From Patescibacteria group bacterium (GTDB lineage: Bacteria; Patescibacteriota; Minisyncoccia; Minisyncoccales; RBG-13-36-15), in NCBI GenBank assembly GCA_022574775.1, contig JACZRI010000003.1, positions 34,308 to 98,307 on the forward strand: a DNA stretch of 64,000 bases, in the 5' to 3' direction. This document shows positions 19,228 through 27,768 of this stretch, piece by piece (position 1 is the first letter of the stretch; the number at the start of each line of letters is the position of its first letter). The translations under genes were made by a program, and so were the position numbers. Below the pieces are notes generated by a model. The model ran no database searches, had not been told where the DNA came from, and saw only the letters and a program-made list of their open reading frames with translations.

Positions 19228-20297
19228 AGGTACTTTCAGATTTTGGTTTTGAAAATAAAAAAGTTTTGATGAGATGTGATTTTGATGTTCCCCTCGATGA
19301 AAAGGGGAATATTTTAGATGACTTTAGAATTGAACGGTCAATTCCCACAATTGTATATTTAACGAAAAAGAATGCAAAACTTATTTTAATGTGCCATCTG
19401 AAAGGATTTGGCGACGAGATAGTGAGCGTAGCTCCAATCCAGAAGAGATTAGCGGAATACCTGGATTGCCCGGTAATAAAAGCTAAAAATTGTGTTGGCA
19501 AGGAAATTGAAGACTGGATTTCGAAAATGTCTCCAGGAGATATTTTGCTCTTGGAAAATTTAAGATTTTATGCAGGCGAGAAAGAAAACGATCAGGAATT
19601 TGCCAGGAATTTGGCAAAATTAGGAGATATTTATATTAATGATGCTTTTGCTACTTGCCACAGAAAGCATGCTTCAATTGTTGGAGTGCCAAAATATCTA
19701 CCATCGGCAGCAGGGTTGGTTTTAATGGAAGAGATAAGGATATTGTCTAAGATCAGGAAAAATCCAGTAAGACCCTTAATAGCAATAATGGGGGGTACCG
19801 TTCAGGAAAAAAAAGGATTAATGTTCGTGGAAAAGATGTCACAAATCGCAGATTTTGTTTTAGTCGGCGGCCTAATTAAAAAATCAATTGAAAAAGAGAA
19901 ATTTTCTTTTACCAGTCCTCAGAAAATTATCCTTCCAGTAAAAGAAGCTATGTCTGACTTTGATTTAGGGCCAGAAACCTTGAAAATTTTTAAAGAAAAA
20001 ATTTCTCAGGCAAAAACTATCTTTTGGTCGGGACCTGTGGGGAAGATTGAAGAAGAAAGATTTTCGAAAGGAACTATGGAAATTGCCCAGGCAATTATCA
20101 GCGCTTCGGCTTTCAAAGTAGCAGGAGGGGGAGCAACAATTGATTTTCTAAGAGACCATAATTTAGCTTCCAAATTTAATCATCTTTCCACGGGAGGGGG
20201 ATCTGCATTGGCTTTTTTAGCAGGGGAGAAATTGCCAGGTATTGCCGCCCTCGAAGAGGGCGAGCCTCGCTCAGTGAAACTGAGCGGGAAGCCTTAA
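19224..20297 (+). CDS. pgk: Phosphoglycerate kinase with an atypical C-terminal extension (EEGEPRSVKLSGKP) built from two GC-rich hairpins
   Basis: RCDFDVPLDE N-terminus, GGGA..DFL, and a ...GGGSALAFLAGEKLPGIAAL C-terminus. Confidence 0.9.
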   Translation: MKVLSDFGFENKKVLMRCDFDVPLDEKGNILDDFRIERSIPTIVYLTKKNAKLILMCHLKGFGDEIVSVAPIQKRLAEYLDCPVIKAKNCVGKEIEDWISKMSPGDILLLENLRFYAGEKENDQEFARNLAKLGDIYINDAFATCHRKHASIVGVPKYLPSAAGLVLMEEIRILSKIRKNPVRPLIAIMGGTVQEKKGLMFVEKMSQIADFVLVGGLIKKSIEKEKFSFTSPQKIILPVKEAMSDFDLGPETLKIFKEKISQAKTIFWSGPVGKIEEERFSKGTMEIAQAIISASAFKVAGGGATIDFLRDHNLASKFNHLSTGGGSALAFLAGEKLPGIAALEEGEPRSVKLSGKP

Positions 20298-20301
20298 AAT
20301 A

Positions 20302-20372
20302 ATCCGAATACCATCCGAATCGTATCCGAATGTCACTAATAAATTATTCGGGTCATTTGGATTTTATTCGTA
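20302..20372. promoter_or_regulatory. Helically phased repeat array ATCCGAAT x3 (11 bp period) plus inverted ATTCGG/ATTCGTA copies upstream of the DHH gene
   Basis: ATCCGAAT at 20302, 20313 and 20324. Inverted copies at 20346 and 20367. Confidence 0.45.
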
Positions 20373-20388
20373 GATTAGGATTACATTT

Positions 20389-21543
20389 ATGGAAATAAAA
20401 AACCTAAAAAAAGTAGCTGATAGGATTTTAAAGGCAGTAAAAAATAAGGAGAAAATAATTTTATATGGTGATGCCGATATGGATGGTATATCTTCGGTTA
20501 TTATTCTCAAAGAAACTTTGAAGAATCTGGGAGGGGGTGTAGCATCAGTTTATTTTCCAGACAGAGAGACTGAAGGGTATGGGTTAAATGAGGAGGCTTT
20601 GCATTTTTTAAAACCAATAGCCCCTGCTCTTTTAATTACTTTAGACTGCGGGATTGGGAATTTTGAGGAGACAAAATTAGCAAAAAAAATGGGGTTTGAA
20701 GTAATTATTGTTGATCACCATGTGGTTTTAGGGAAATTGCCAGAAAATGCAATTGTTGTGGACCTGAAACAGAAAGGAGATACTTATCCTTTTAAAGAAT
20801 TTGCCGCAACCGGTGTTACTTTTAAGCTTTGTCAATTGTTGCTGGGAGAAAAGTTAAGCGAGAACTTGAAAAATAATTTTTTAGAGTTGGTAGCTTTAGC
20901 AACTTTAGCAGATATGATGCCGGAGCAAGAAGAAAATAAAACATTTATTGAGGATGGATTAAAATCTCTGGAAACAACCTATCGGCCTGGACTGAAAGTT
21001 TTTTTTGAGATTGATACTATCAAGGATCTTCCTTCAACCCGTCAAATTGCCCAGAAAATTATTTCTGCTTTGAATATTCCTACTCCTAAGGACCATTTAA
21101 ATAAATCCTATGACTTATTGACCTGTTCTTCTTTTTCTATCGCAAAGAGTTTAGCCGAAGAGCTTTTGGATAAAGCAGAACAGAAAAAGGCCAGAGTAAG
21201 AGAGATTGTGCAGACAGTAGAAGAAAGGCTTTCCAATAAAGAAGAGCTTATCGTTTTTGAAGGGGATCCTTACTGGTCCATTATTTTATCTGGGACAGTC
21301 GCTTCAAAAATATGTTATACTTATCGTAAACCCACTTTTATTTTTAAAAAGAGAGAAAAAGAAAGCCAGGGGGCAGTAAGAGTGCCAAAAGGTTTAGATG
21401 CGGTGAAGGCAATGATGCACTGCAAGAAATTTTTAATTACCTTCGGGGGACATCCTCCGGCAGCCGGGTTTCGATTAGATAATAAAAACTTAGAGGAATT
21501 TAAAAAATGCCTGAATGACTATTTTAGCGAACACAAGAATTGA
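20389..21543 (+). CDS. DHH-family phosphoesterase (RecJ-like/NrnA-like)
   Basis: DHH motifs GDADMDGISS and IVDHH. Confidence 0.65.
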   Translation: MEIKNLKKVADRILKAVKNKEKIILYGDADMDGISSVIILKETLKNLGGGVASVYFPDRETEGYGLNEEALHFLKPIAPALLITLDCGIGNFEETKLAKKMGFEVIIVDHHVVLGKLPENAIVVDLKQKGDTYPFKEFAATGVTFKLCQLLLGEKLSENLKNNFLELVALATLADMMPEQEENKTFIEDGLKSLETTYRPGLKVFFEIDTIKDLPSTRQIAQKIISALNIPTPKDHLNKSYDLLTCSSFSIAKSLAEELLDKAEQKKARVREIVQTVEERLSNKEELIVFEGDPYWSIILSGTVASKICYTYRKPTFIFKKREKESQGAVRVPKGLDAVKAMMHCKKFLITFGGHPPAAGFRLDNKNLEEFKKCLNDYFSEHKN

Positions 21544-21554
21544 TGCGCAAATTT

Positions 21555-21598
21555 TATACGAATGCTATACGAACAAATTATTTGTATCATTCGTATGT
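21555..21598. promoter_or_regulatory. Repeat array TATACGAA x2 (11 bp period), a CAAATtATTTG palindrome, and an inverted ATTCGTAT
   Basis: TATACGAA at 21555 and 21566; ATTCGTAT at 21591. Confidence 0.45.
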
Positions 21599-21742
21599 TA
21601 TTAGCCCCAGAACCAATCCTCACTTCGTTCGAATGGTACGGGGCAAGCATTAATTATGGTTTAACTTGTTTGGAGTTTCCTATGCCCGCCCCGTATTTCC
21701 CGACTTGTCGGGATAGTACCGGGGTATATTAGTGTCGCGTTT

Positions 21743-23605
21743 ATGGGACAACAATCATATTATGGCATTGTAGGCAACGGAGAGACTTGTGCATTGATTT
21801 CTTCCACAGGGAGCATTGACTGGTTTTGTCTGCCTTCATTTGACGGGAATATGGTTTTTTCCAAAGCTCTGAATCCAAATTTAGGAGAGTCTTTTTATAT
21901 TGAGTTATTTGATGGAGAAGAGGGGATATTGCCAAAGAAATTTAGCCAAAGCTACATTAAAAACACGAATATTTTAGTAACAGAAATAGAGTATAAACCT
22001 GTAAAGCTGAAGGTTATTGATTTTATGCCGTGGAAAGGAATTTCAGAAAGCATTCGAGAAAAAAGATATCTGTTCCGTATATTAGAGGTTCAGAATAAAA
22101 CACAGCGAAGAAAAAGTATTAAAATAAGTTTATCAACAGAGAAAGGAGGCGAGATAAAAGAAAGAGGTTTTATTGAAGATAAGAATTTTGCGCTCGGGGT
22201 TTATATAGAAAAAAACACATTTGAATTAAAGCCAAAGGGTCATAAAGAAACATTCATTGTATTATCTTATGGAGAGACAAGGGCTAAGGCAGAATATCTA
22301 TTAAATAAGGCAAAACGAATAAATATAAGAGACGAATTGGCAAAGACTGAAAACTTCTGGAAAAATTGGTTAGCGAGAGGATATAAGATTTCCTTCAAAG
22401 ACAAAGATTATGAAGACATGTATTCTCGTTCTTTGCTGGTCTGCAAGCTTTTAACATACCTTGAAACGGGAGCTTTTCTTGCAGCCCCCACAGCATCTTT
22501 TCCAGTTACTCCAAGCACAGCCGAGAACTGGGATTACAGGTTTTGTTGGTTAAGAGACAGCTATTTTGTATCTCGTGCATTTCTTAAAACAGGCCACTAT
22601 GAAGAAGTGAGAGATCTATTAGAATTTTTCTACTCTATTCAAGAATCAGACGGGAGTTGGCTTCCATTATATACGATAAGCGGTAAGAAACTAAGAAAAG
22701 AGGTTGTAATAGAAGCGGAAGGAAAGATTATACGGATGGGCAATGCAGCTAAAAATCAGCTGCAGTTGGATAATGAAGGGAGCGTCTTACATACAACATA
22801 CCTCTACTATCTTTTTACTAAAGAAAAAAGTTTTCTTCGGGAATACTGGAAAAAAATCGTGAAGGCAGCTGACTGGATCTCAAAGAACTATCAAAGGCCA
22901 GAGAATGGATTATGGGAGTTGCGTGAGAAAGAGCATAGAAAAAAAGCGCAGTGGGTTTACGGAAAAGTTATGTGTTATGTAGGCTTGGAGTCAGCTATTA
23001 AGATTGGAGAAGTTTTGGAGAAAAAGTTAAGGCCAAAGTGGGAGATGGTAAAAAACAGCCTTAAAAATGATATCCTTAAAGAAGGGTGGTCTAATCAAAG
23101 AAAATCTTTTTTACAGCTCTACGATGCTGATTCTCAAATAGACATCTCTGTTCTTGCGATAGAGGATTACGGGCTTTTGAGTCCGCTCAATCCAAAGATA
23201 CGTAAAACCGTGCAACTCATAGAAGAAAAATTAGTAACAAAAGGTTTTGGAGTGAAGAGGTTTGAGGATGCAAATCTGCCATTCTACCTGCCAACCTTAT
23301 GGCTTGCCACTCACTATATAAGGGCTGGAGATAAAGAAAAAGCAAAGAAATATATAGCAGCTTGTATAAGGTCAAGCACTAATCTATATCTGTGCGCAGA
23401 ACATTTTGATCCTATCAAAGGTGAGCAGCATGGCAATTTCCCGCAGGCATTTAATCATTCAATGTTTGTGGAGACACTGCTTTGCCTAAAAGAAGAAAAG
23501 TATGCACTTAGATTTTTAAATGTCCTGAATATTCACTTTAAAACATTTTTGAGCTTTTTAAGTAAGGTGAAGCCAAAGAAAGGATTTTATCTCCGAAAAA
23601 AATGA
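21743..23605 (+). CDS. Glycoside hydrolase family 15 (glucoamylase/glucodextranase-like)
   Basis: N-terminal GIVGNGETCALISSTGSIDWFCLPSFD, and a C-terminal (alpha/alpha)6 domain with the WDYRFCWLRDS motif. Confidence 0.75.
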   Translation: MGQQSYYGIVGNGETCALISSTGSIDWFCLPSFDGNMVFSKALNPNLGESFYIELFDGEEGILPKKFSQSYIKNTNILVTEIEYKPVKLKVIDFMPWKGISESIREKRYLFRILEVQNKTQRRKSIKISLSTEKGGEIKERGFIEDKNFALGVYIEKNTFELKPKGHKETFIVLSYGETRAKAEYLLNKAKRINIRDELAKTENFWKNWLARGYKISFKDKDYEDMYSRSLLVCKLLTYLETGAFLAAPTASFPVTPSTAENWDYRFCWLRDSYFVSRAFLKTGHYEEVRDLLEFFYSIQESDGSWLPLYTISGKKLRKEVVIEAEGKIIRMGNAAKNQLQLDNEGSVLHTTYLYYLFTKEKSFLREYWKKIVKAADWISKNYQRPENGLWELREKEHRKKAQWVYGKVMCYVGLESAIKIGEVLEKKLRPKWEMVKNSLKNDILKEGWSNQRKSFLQLYDADSQIDISVLAIEDYGLLSPLNPKIRKTVQLIEEKLVTKGFGVKRFEDANLPFYLPTLWLATHYIRAGDKEKAKKYIAACIRSSTNLYLCAEHFDPIKGEQHGNFPQAFNHSMFVETLLCLKEEKYALRFLNVLNIHFKTFLSFLSKVKPKKGFYLRKK

Positions 23606-23629
23606 AAGGTGATTCCAATATACTGATGC

Positions 23630-23679
23630 ATACGAATTATATAAATAATTTATTCGCATCATTAAAACTTATTCGCATA
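23630..23679. promoter_or_regulatory. Repeat array ATACGAAT / ATTCGCAT x2 upstream of rnhA
   Basis: ATACGAAT at 23630; ATTCGCAT at 23652 and 23671, spaced 22 and 19 nt apart. Confidence 0.4.
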
Positions 23680-23690
23680 TTACCGATTTT

Positions 23691-24131
23691 ATGAAAAAAA
23701 TTCTCATTTATACTGACGGCGGCTCCAGAAGCAATCCTGGACCGGCAGCCATTGGAATTGTTTTTTGTAATGAAAAAGGCCAAAAGATTAAAGAATTTTC
23801 AGAATATCTGGGAGAAGCGACAAACAACGAAGCTGAATATCAAGCTGCTATTTTTGCTTTAAAAAAATTCAAAGCTCTTTTTTCAAAAAAATTAGCCAGT
23901 CGTGCAGAAATTGAATTAAAATCAGATTCAGAGCTTTTGGTGAATCAACTATTAGGAAAATATAAAATTGTGGATCCAAAAATTCAACCTCTTTTTTTAC
24001 AACTTTGGAATTTAACGCTTGATTTTAAAAAAGTCAAATTCAAATTTATTCCTAGAGAAAAAAACAAAGAGGCAGACCGTTTGGTCAACGAAGCCCTTGA
24101 TGGGGCATCCAAGACCCAAAAACTTCTCTAA
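23691..24131 (+). CDS. rnhA: Ribonuclease H (RNase HI-like)
   Basis: IYTDGGSRSNPGPAAIG..NNEAEYQA catalytic DEDD signature. Confidence 0.75.
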   Translation: MKKILIYTDGGSRSNPGPAAIGIVFCNEKGQKIKEFSEYLGEATNNEAEYQAAIFALKKFKALFSKKLASRAEIELKSDSELLVNQLLGKYKIVDPKIQPLFLQLWNLTLDFKKVKFKFIPREKNKEADRLVNEALDGASKTQKLL

Positions 24132-24149
24132 AAAACCATATAATAATTC

Positions 24150-25436
24150 ATGACAAACAAAAAATTACCACTTATTTTTCTGTTAGCCGTTATATTGTCT
24201 TTTGCCATATCTCCTTCTGCAGCCTTTGCTGTAAGCGATGAAGAATTATTTAATGAGTTACTTGATAAATTAATAGATGTTTCTTTAGCCCTTTCTTTGC
24301 TTCAACAACAAATCAATGACCTAATAAATTCCTCACAGCCTTTGCATCAACTGGCATTAGGCGCATACTTAAAAGATTTATTTGAAAGTAATGAGATTAT
24401 TTTAGACAAAGATGATTTTTTAGAACAAACGGAAAATCCTTATCTTAGTTTCGCGAAAATATTAAATTTAATTCCGTCTTCCTATAAGGTGGATAAGAGA
24501 ATAACTCAAAGGGAAGTTGATCAAATTTCAGAGCAGTTTCTTTTACTAAAAGACCGGCTACTTCTTGACGGACTTTACGGAAAAGTCGATATGCATGAGC
24601 ACTATCGATCTGGAGGCGATATAGAGAAATTTTTGAAAGCAGCCGGTAGTTTGGGAATTTCTAAAATTGTTTTTGTGCCAACAGGATTGGGTCCTGACAA
24701 TAAAGGCTATATATTTCATCAGAGCTTTCTCATTAGATATATTAAAAAATTATACCCAGAGAAAATTATTGCTTTTTGTACTATTGATGAAGCAGACCCA
24801 AAAGCAGCTGAAGTTTTTGAAGACTGCCTTAAAAACGGCGGGCAGGGTTTGAAACTTCTCGGCGGCCACCCAAGTTTTTATGACGAACCTTTTAATTCTG
24901 AAAATATGTACAAAGTGTATCAAAAAGCTGCTGAATATCAGGTGCCCATTTTGCTCCACGGAAGTATTATCAATGTCCCAGAAACAAAAAATCAACTTCA
25001 CCAAGTATATTCAGATTTTCCCGAAGTAACTTTCATCCATGCTCATTACTGTTCCGCAATTTTTAGAGGCATTAACCTTGATCAATGTGCAGAGTTTTTG
25101 GATAAATATCCTAATGTATATGTTGACCTCTCAATGGGAGGAGGCATTAAAAGATACCATCGTTATTTTAGAGAAGATTTGGCGAAAGTAAAAGATTTTA
25201 TTTTAACTTATCAGGACAGAATTTTATTTGGCTCAGATATTATTTTAGATCGTGCCACATACAAAGATTTTGATTTTATTTACGACAGAATTCAGTGCGA
25301 TCTTGATTTACACCAGAAAAAAGAATACACTTGCCCTTATGGAGAAAAGGATGTTTTACACCAGGGTTTTGATTTAGACCGAGATATTCTTAAAAAACTT
25401 TATTTTGAAAATCCAAAGAAAGCTTTTAATTTTTAA
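24150..25436 (+). CDS. Secreted metal-dependent amidohydrolase-family (TIM-barrel) protein
   Basis: Signal peptide. HEHY..., HAHY and D..L motifs suggest an amidohydrolase_2 fold. Confidence 0.45.
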   Translation: MTNKKLPLIFLLAVILSFAISPSAAFAVSDEELFNELLDKLIDVSLALSLLQQQINDLINSSQPLHQLALGAYLKDLFESNEIILDKDDFLEQTENPYLSFAKILNLIPSSYKVDKRITQREVDQISEQFLLLKDRLLLDGLYGKVDMHEHYRSGGDIEKFLKAAGSLGISKIVFVPTGLGPDNKGYIFHQSFLIRYIKKLYPEKIIAFCTIDEADPKAAEVFEDCLKNGGQGLKLLGGHPSFYDEPFNSENMYKVYQKAAEYQVPILLHGSIINVPETKNQLHQVYSDFPEVTFIHAHYCSAIFRGINLDQCAEFLDKYPNVYVDLSMGGGIKRYHRYFREDLAKVKDFILTYQDRILFGSDIILDRATYKDFDFIYDRIQCDLDLHQKKEYTCPYGEKDVLHQGFDLDRDILKKLYFENPKKAFNF

Positions 25437-25445
25437 CTATGGACA

Positions 25446-25476
25446 TATAAGAATTAAAAAACCCGCCGGTGAGGCG
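25446..25476 (+). terminator. Rho-independent terminator, possibly bidirectional with the rnpB 3' end
   Basis: CCCGCC-ggtga-GGCGGG hairpin followed by ATTTTT. Confidence 0.6.
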
Positions 25477-25477
25477 G

Positions 25478-25853
25478 GATTTTTAATGTCCTAGCAAGTC
25501 TATAAGCCGAATTCTGTATTTGTGTGATCATTTGTCTGGGCCCCGATTTACATCTGAGCTCAAGCGAACTACTCTTTCACAAAAATTCTAGATAAACCCA
25601 GAATTTCTGATTTGTTCTTGCACCCAATAAGGATTTAGCCGTTTCACTCCTACATTGCTGCAGGACTACTCCGACAATAGTCGGAGTGCTCAACCTTTCG
25701 GTTTCGCGCGTCTCTGTTCGCACCTCTAGTCTTACGACCGACGGCCGTTAACCGCTATATTTTTTGACCCCGATATCTATTCGGAGAAATGGTGTTCGGA
25801 CTTTCCTCCCCCTGTCATTGCTGGCAAGGAGTAATCACCCAACTTACTAGGAC
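25478..25853 (-). ncRNA. rnpB: RNase P RNA, bacterial type A
   Basis: The minus strand reads GGGGGAGGAAAGUCCGAACACC (P4 5' strand), GGAGUGAAACGGCU and ACAGAAUUCGGCUUAUAG (P4 3' strand). P1 pairs UCCUAGUAAGU with ACUUGCUAGGA, and the region is GC-enriched. Confidence 0.8.
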
Positions 25854-25961
25854 AATTATATTGTATCGATTTAGACAAAATTTGTCAAGCTTAAGAATTC
25901 TCATTTGAAAAAGATGTCAAAAAAGATTAAAATAAGTTATTCGTGTTGATACTAGATTAAA

Positions 25962-26046
25962 GTTATCCTTCGACAAGCTCAGGACACTTCGACTTACTTG
26001 CACTGAGCGAGGCCTGAGCAGAGCGAAGGACGAGTCGAAGTGTGAC
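25962..26046. repeat. Family B palindromic repeat, full composite copy immediately upstream of and overlapping the murJ start
   Basis: CCTTCGacaaGCTCAGG...CCTGAGCagagCGAAGG and ACACTTCGACT...AGTCGAAGTGT form interleaved inverted pairs. Confidence 0.6.
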
Positions 26047-27718
26047 TTTTCACAACATTTTTAATTCTCAAACAAAGAGTATCACTTTTGCTGCTTTCTT
26101 GATTGCGATTTCTTCAGGTATTAGCGGTGTTTTGGGTTTGATTCGTGATGGATTATTGGCAGGCCGTTTTGGAGTCTGGTCAGAAACTAATTCCTATTTT
26201 GCAGCTTTTAGGGTTAATGATTTCTTCTATAACCTTTTTATTATAGGAGGATTTGCCGTGGTCTTTTTACCTCTTTTTGCCGAATATTATTCAAAAGAGA
26301 GAGAAAAGACCTGGGAGATGGTAAGTCATGTTTTAAATTTTTTTTTATTTCTGCTAATTTTAGCTTCTTTGTTTATTTTTATCTTTGCTCCCCAACTGGT
26401 GAAAATCATAACTCCAGGATTTTCCTTTGAAGAAAAGAACCAAACAGCTTTTTTAATCAGGATAATGATTTTAAGCCCGATACTATTTGGTCTGTCAGCA
26501 ATTTTCTCAGGGATTTTACACTATTTTAACCGTTTTTTCATATATTCACTTGCTCCAGTTTTATATAATCTTGGGATTATTTTCGGTATTTTGTTTCTGT
26601 CTCCATCCTTCGGTATTATCGGGGTTAGTATGGGAGTTGTTCTGGGGGCCTCACTTCATTGGGCGGTGCAGATTCCATCTGTTTTAAATTGCGGTTTTAA
26701 ATACCGCCTTCTTCTCAACTTCAGATATCCTGCTATAAAAAAGATTTTTTATTTAGTTATACCTCGGCTTTTTGCAGTAACTTCACAGCAAATAAACCTA
26801 ATCGTGATTACAGCTATTGCTTCAACTATTAGTGGGGGCATTGCTATTTTTACTTTCGCAAACAATCTTCAGCATTTTCCAATCAGTCTTGTTGCGATTC
26901 CCTTTGCCATAGCTTCTTTCCCGTCTCTTTCCAGAAACTGGGCGGCAAATCAAAAGAAAGATTTCTTGGAAAACTTCTCTTTAATTTTCAGGCAAATTCT
27001 TTTTTTTATGGTTCCTCTTACTATTTTGCTCTTTATTCTGAGAGCTCAAGTAGTCAGGTTGGTCTTGGGAACTTTAGGGGATGGTAAGTTTGACTGGGTC
27101 GCAACACAATTGATAGCCGCTTCACTTGGACTTTTCTGTTTAGGGATTATAGCTTTTGCATTTATTCCTTATTTAGCCAGAACTTTCTTTTCTTTTCAGG
27201 ACACGAAAACCCCAACTTTCATTGCCATATCCACAGTTCTGCTTAATATTACTTTAAGTTTTTTGCTGGTTTGGCTTTTGGGGTTTCAGAATGCTTTTCA
27301 AGATTTCTTGGTAAAGATCCTCAAATTAGGAGGAATAGAAAATGTCACAGTTGTCGGACTGCCTCTTGCTCTTTCCATTGCTGTGACTTTCCAATTCTTT
27401 CTTCTTTTGTTTTTTCTCTACCGGAGAATTGGTGATTTTGGCGTAAAGAAAATATTTTCTTCTTTCGCGAGAATAATTTCTGCCAGCTTTCTGGCTGGAA
27501 TTACAACCTTTTTCGTCCTCCGTTTGGCAGCTTTTTTTGTTGAGACAGACAAGGTTCTGGGATTGCTCGCCCAGACGGTTATAGCAGCTTTTTCCGGGAT
27601 TCTTATTTATTTTATCTTGACTCTCGTTTTTAAATTTCCAGAGCTGAAAATTATCGTCAAGTCTTTTAAAAAGCAATTTAGAAAAGAGGTTACACCAGTT
27701 GAAACAGAGTCCTCCTAA
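26042..27718 (+). CDS. murJ: Lipid II flippase MurJ (MviN); GTG start
   Basis: GVLGLIRDGLLAGRFG N-terminal motif and a 14-TM MOP-superfamily profile. Confidence 0.8.
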   Translation: MTFHNIFNSQTKSITFAAFLIAISSGISGVLGLIRDGLLAGRFGVWSETNSYFAAFRVNDFFYNLFIIGGFAVVFLPLFAEYYSKEREKTWEMVSHVLNFFLFLLILASLFIFIFAPQLVKIITPGFSFEEKNQTAFLIRIMILSPILFGLSAIFSGILHYFNRFFIYSLAPVLYNLGIIFGILFLSPSFGIIGVSMGVVLGASLHWAVQIPSVLNCGFKYRLLLNFRYPAIKKIFYLVIPRLFAVTSQQINLIVITAIASTISGGIAIFTFANNLQHFPISLVAIPFAIASFPSLSRNWAANQKKDFLENFSLIFRQILFFMVPLTILLFILRAQVVRLVLGTLGDGKFDWVATQLIAASLGLFCLGIIAFAFIPYLARTFFSFQDTKTPTFIAISTVLLNITLSFLLVWLLGFQNAFQDFLVKILKLGGIENVTVVGLPLALSIAVTFQFFLLLFFLYRRIGDFGVKKIFSSFARIISASFLAGITTFFVLRLAAFFVETDKVLGLLAQTVIAAFSGILIYFILTLVFKFPELKIIVKSFKKQFRKEVTPVETESS

Positions 27719-27768
27719 ATTTTTTTCTTTCTTAAATTATGACTGGTAAACCTTAAAATTGTTACATT

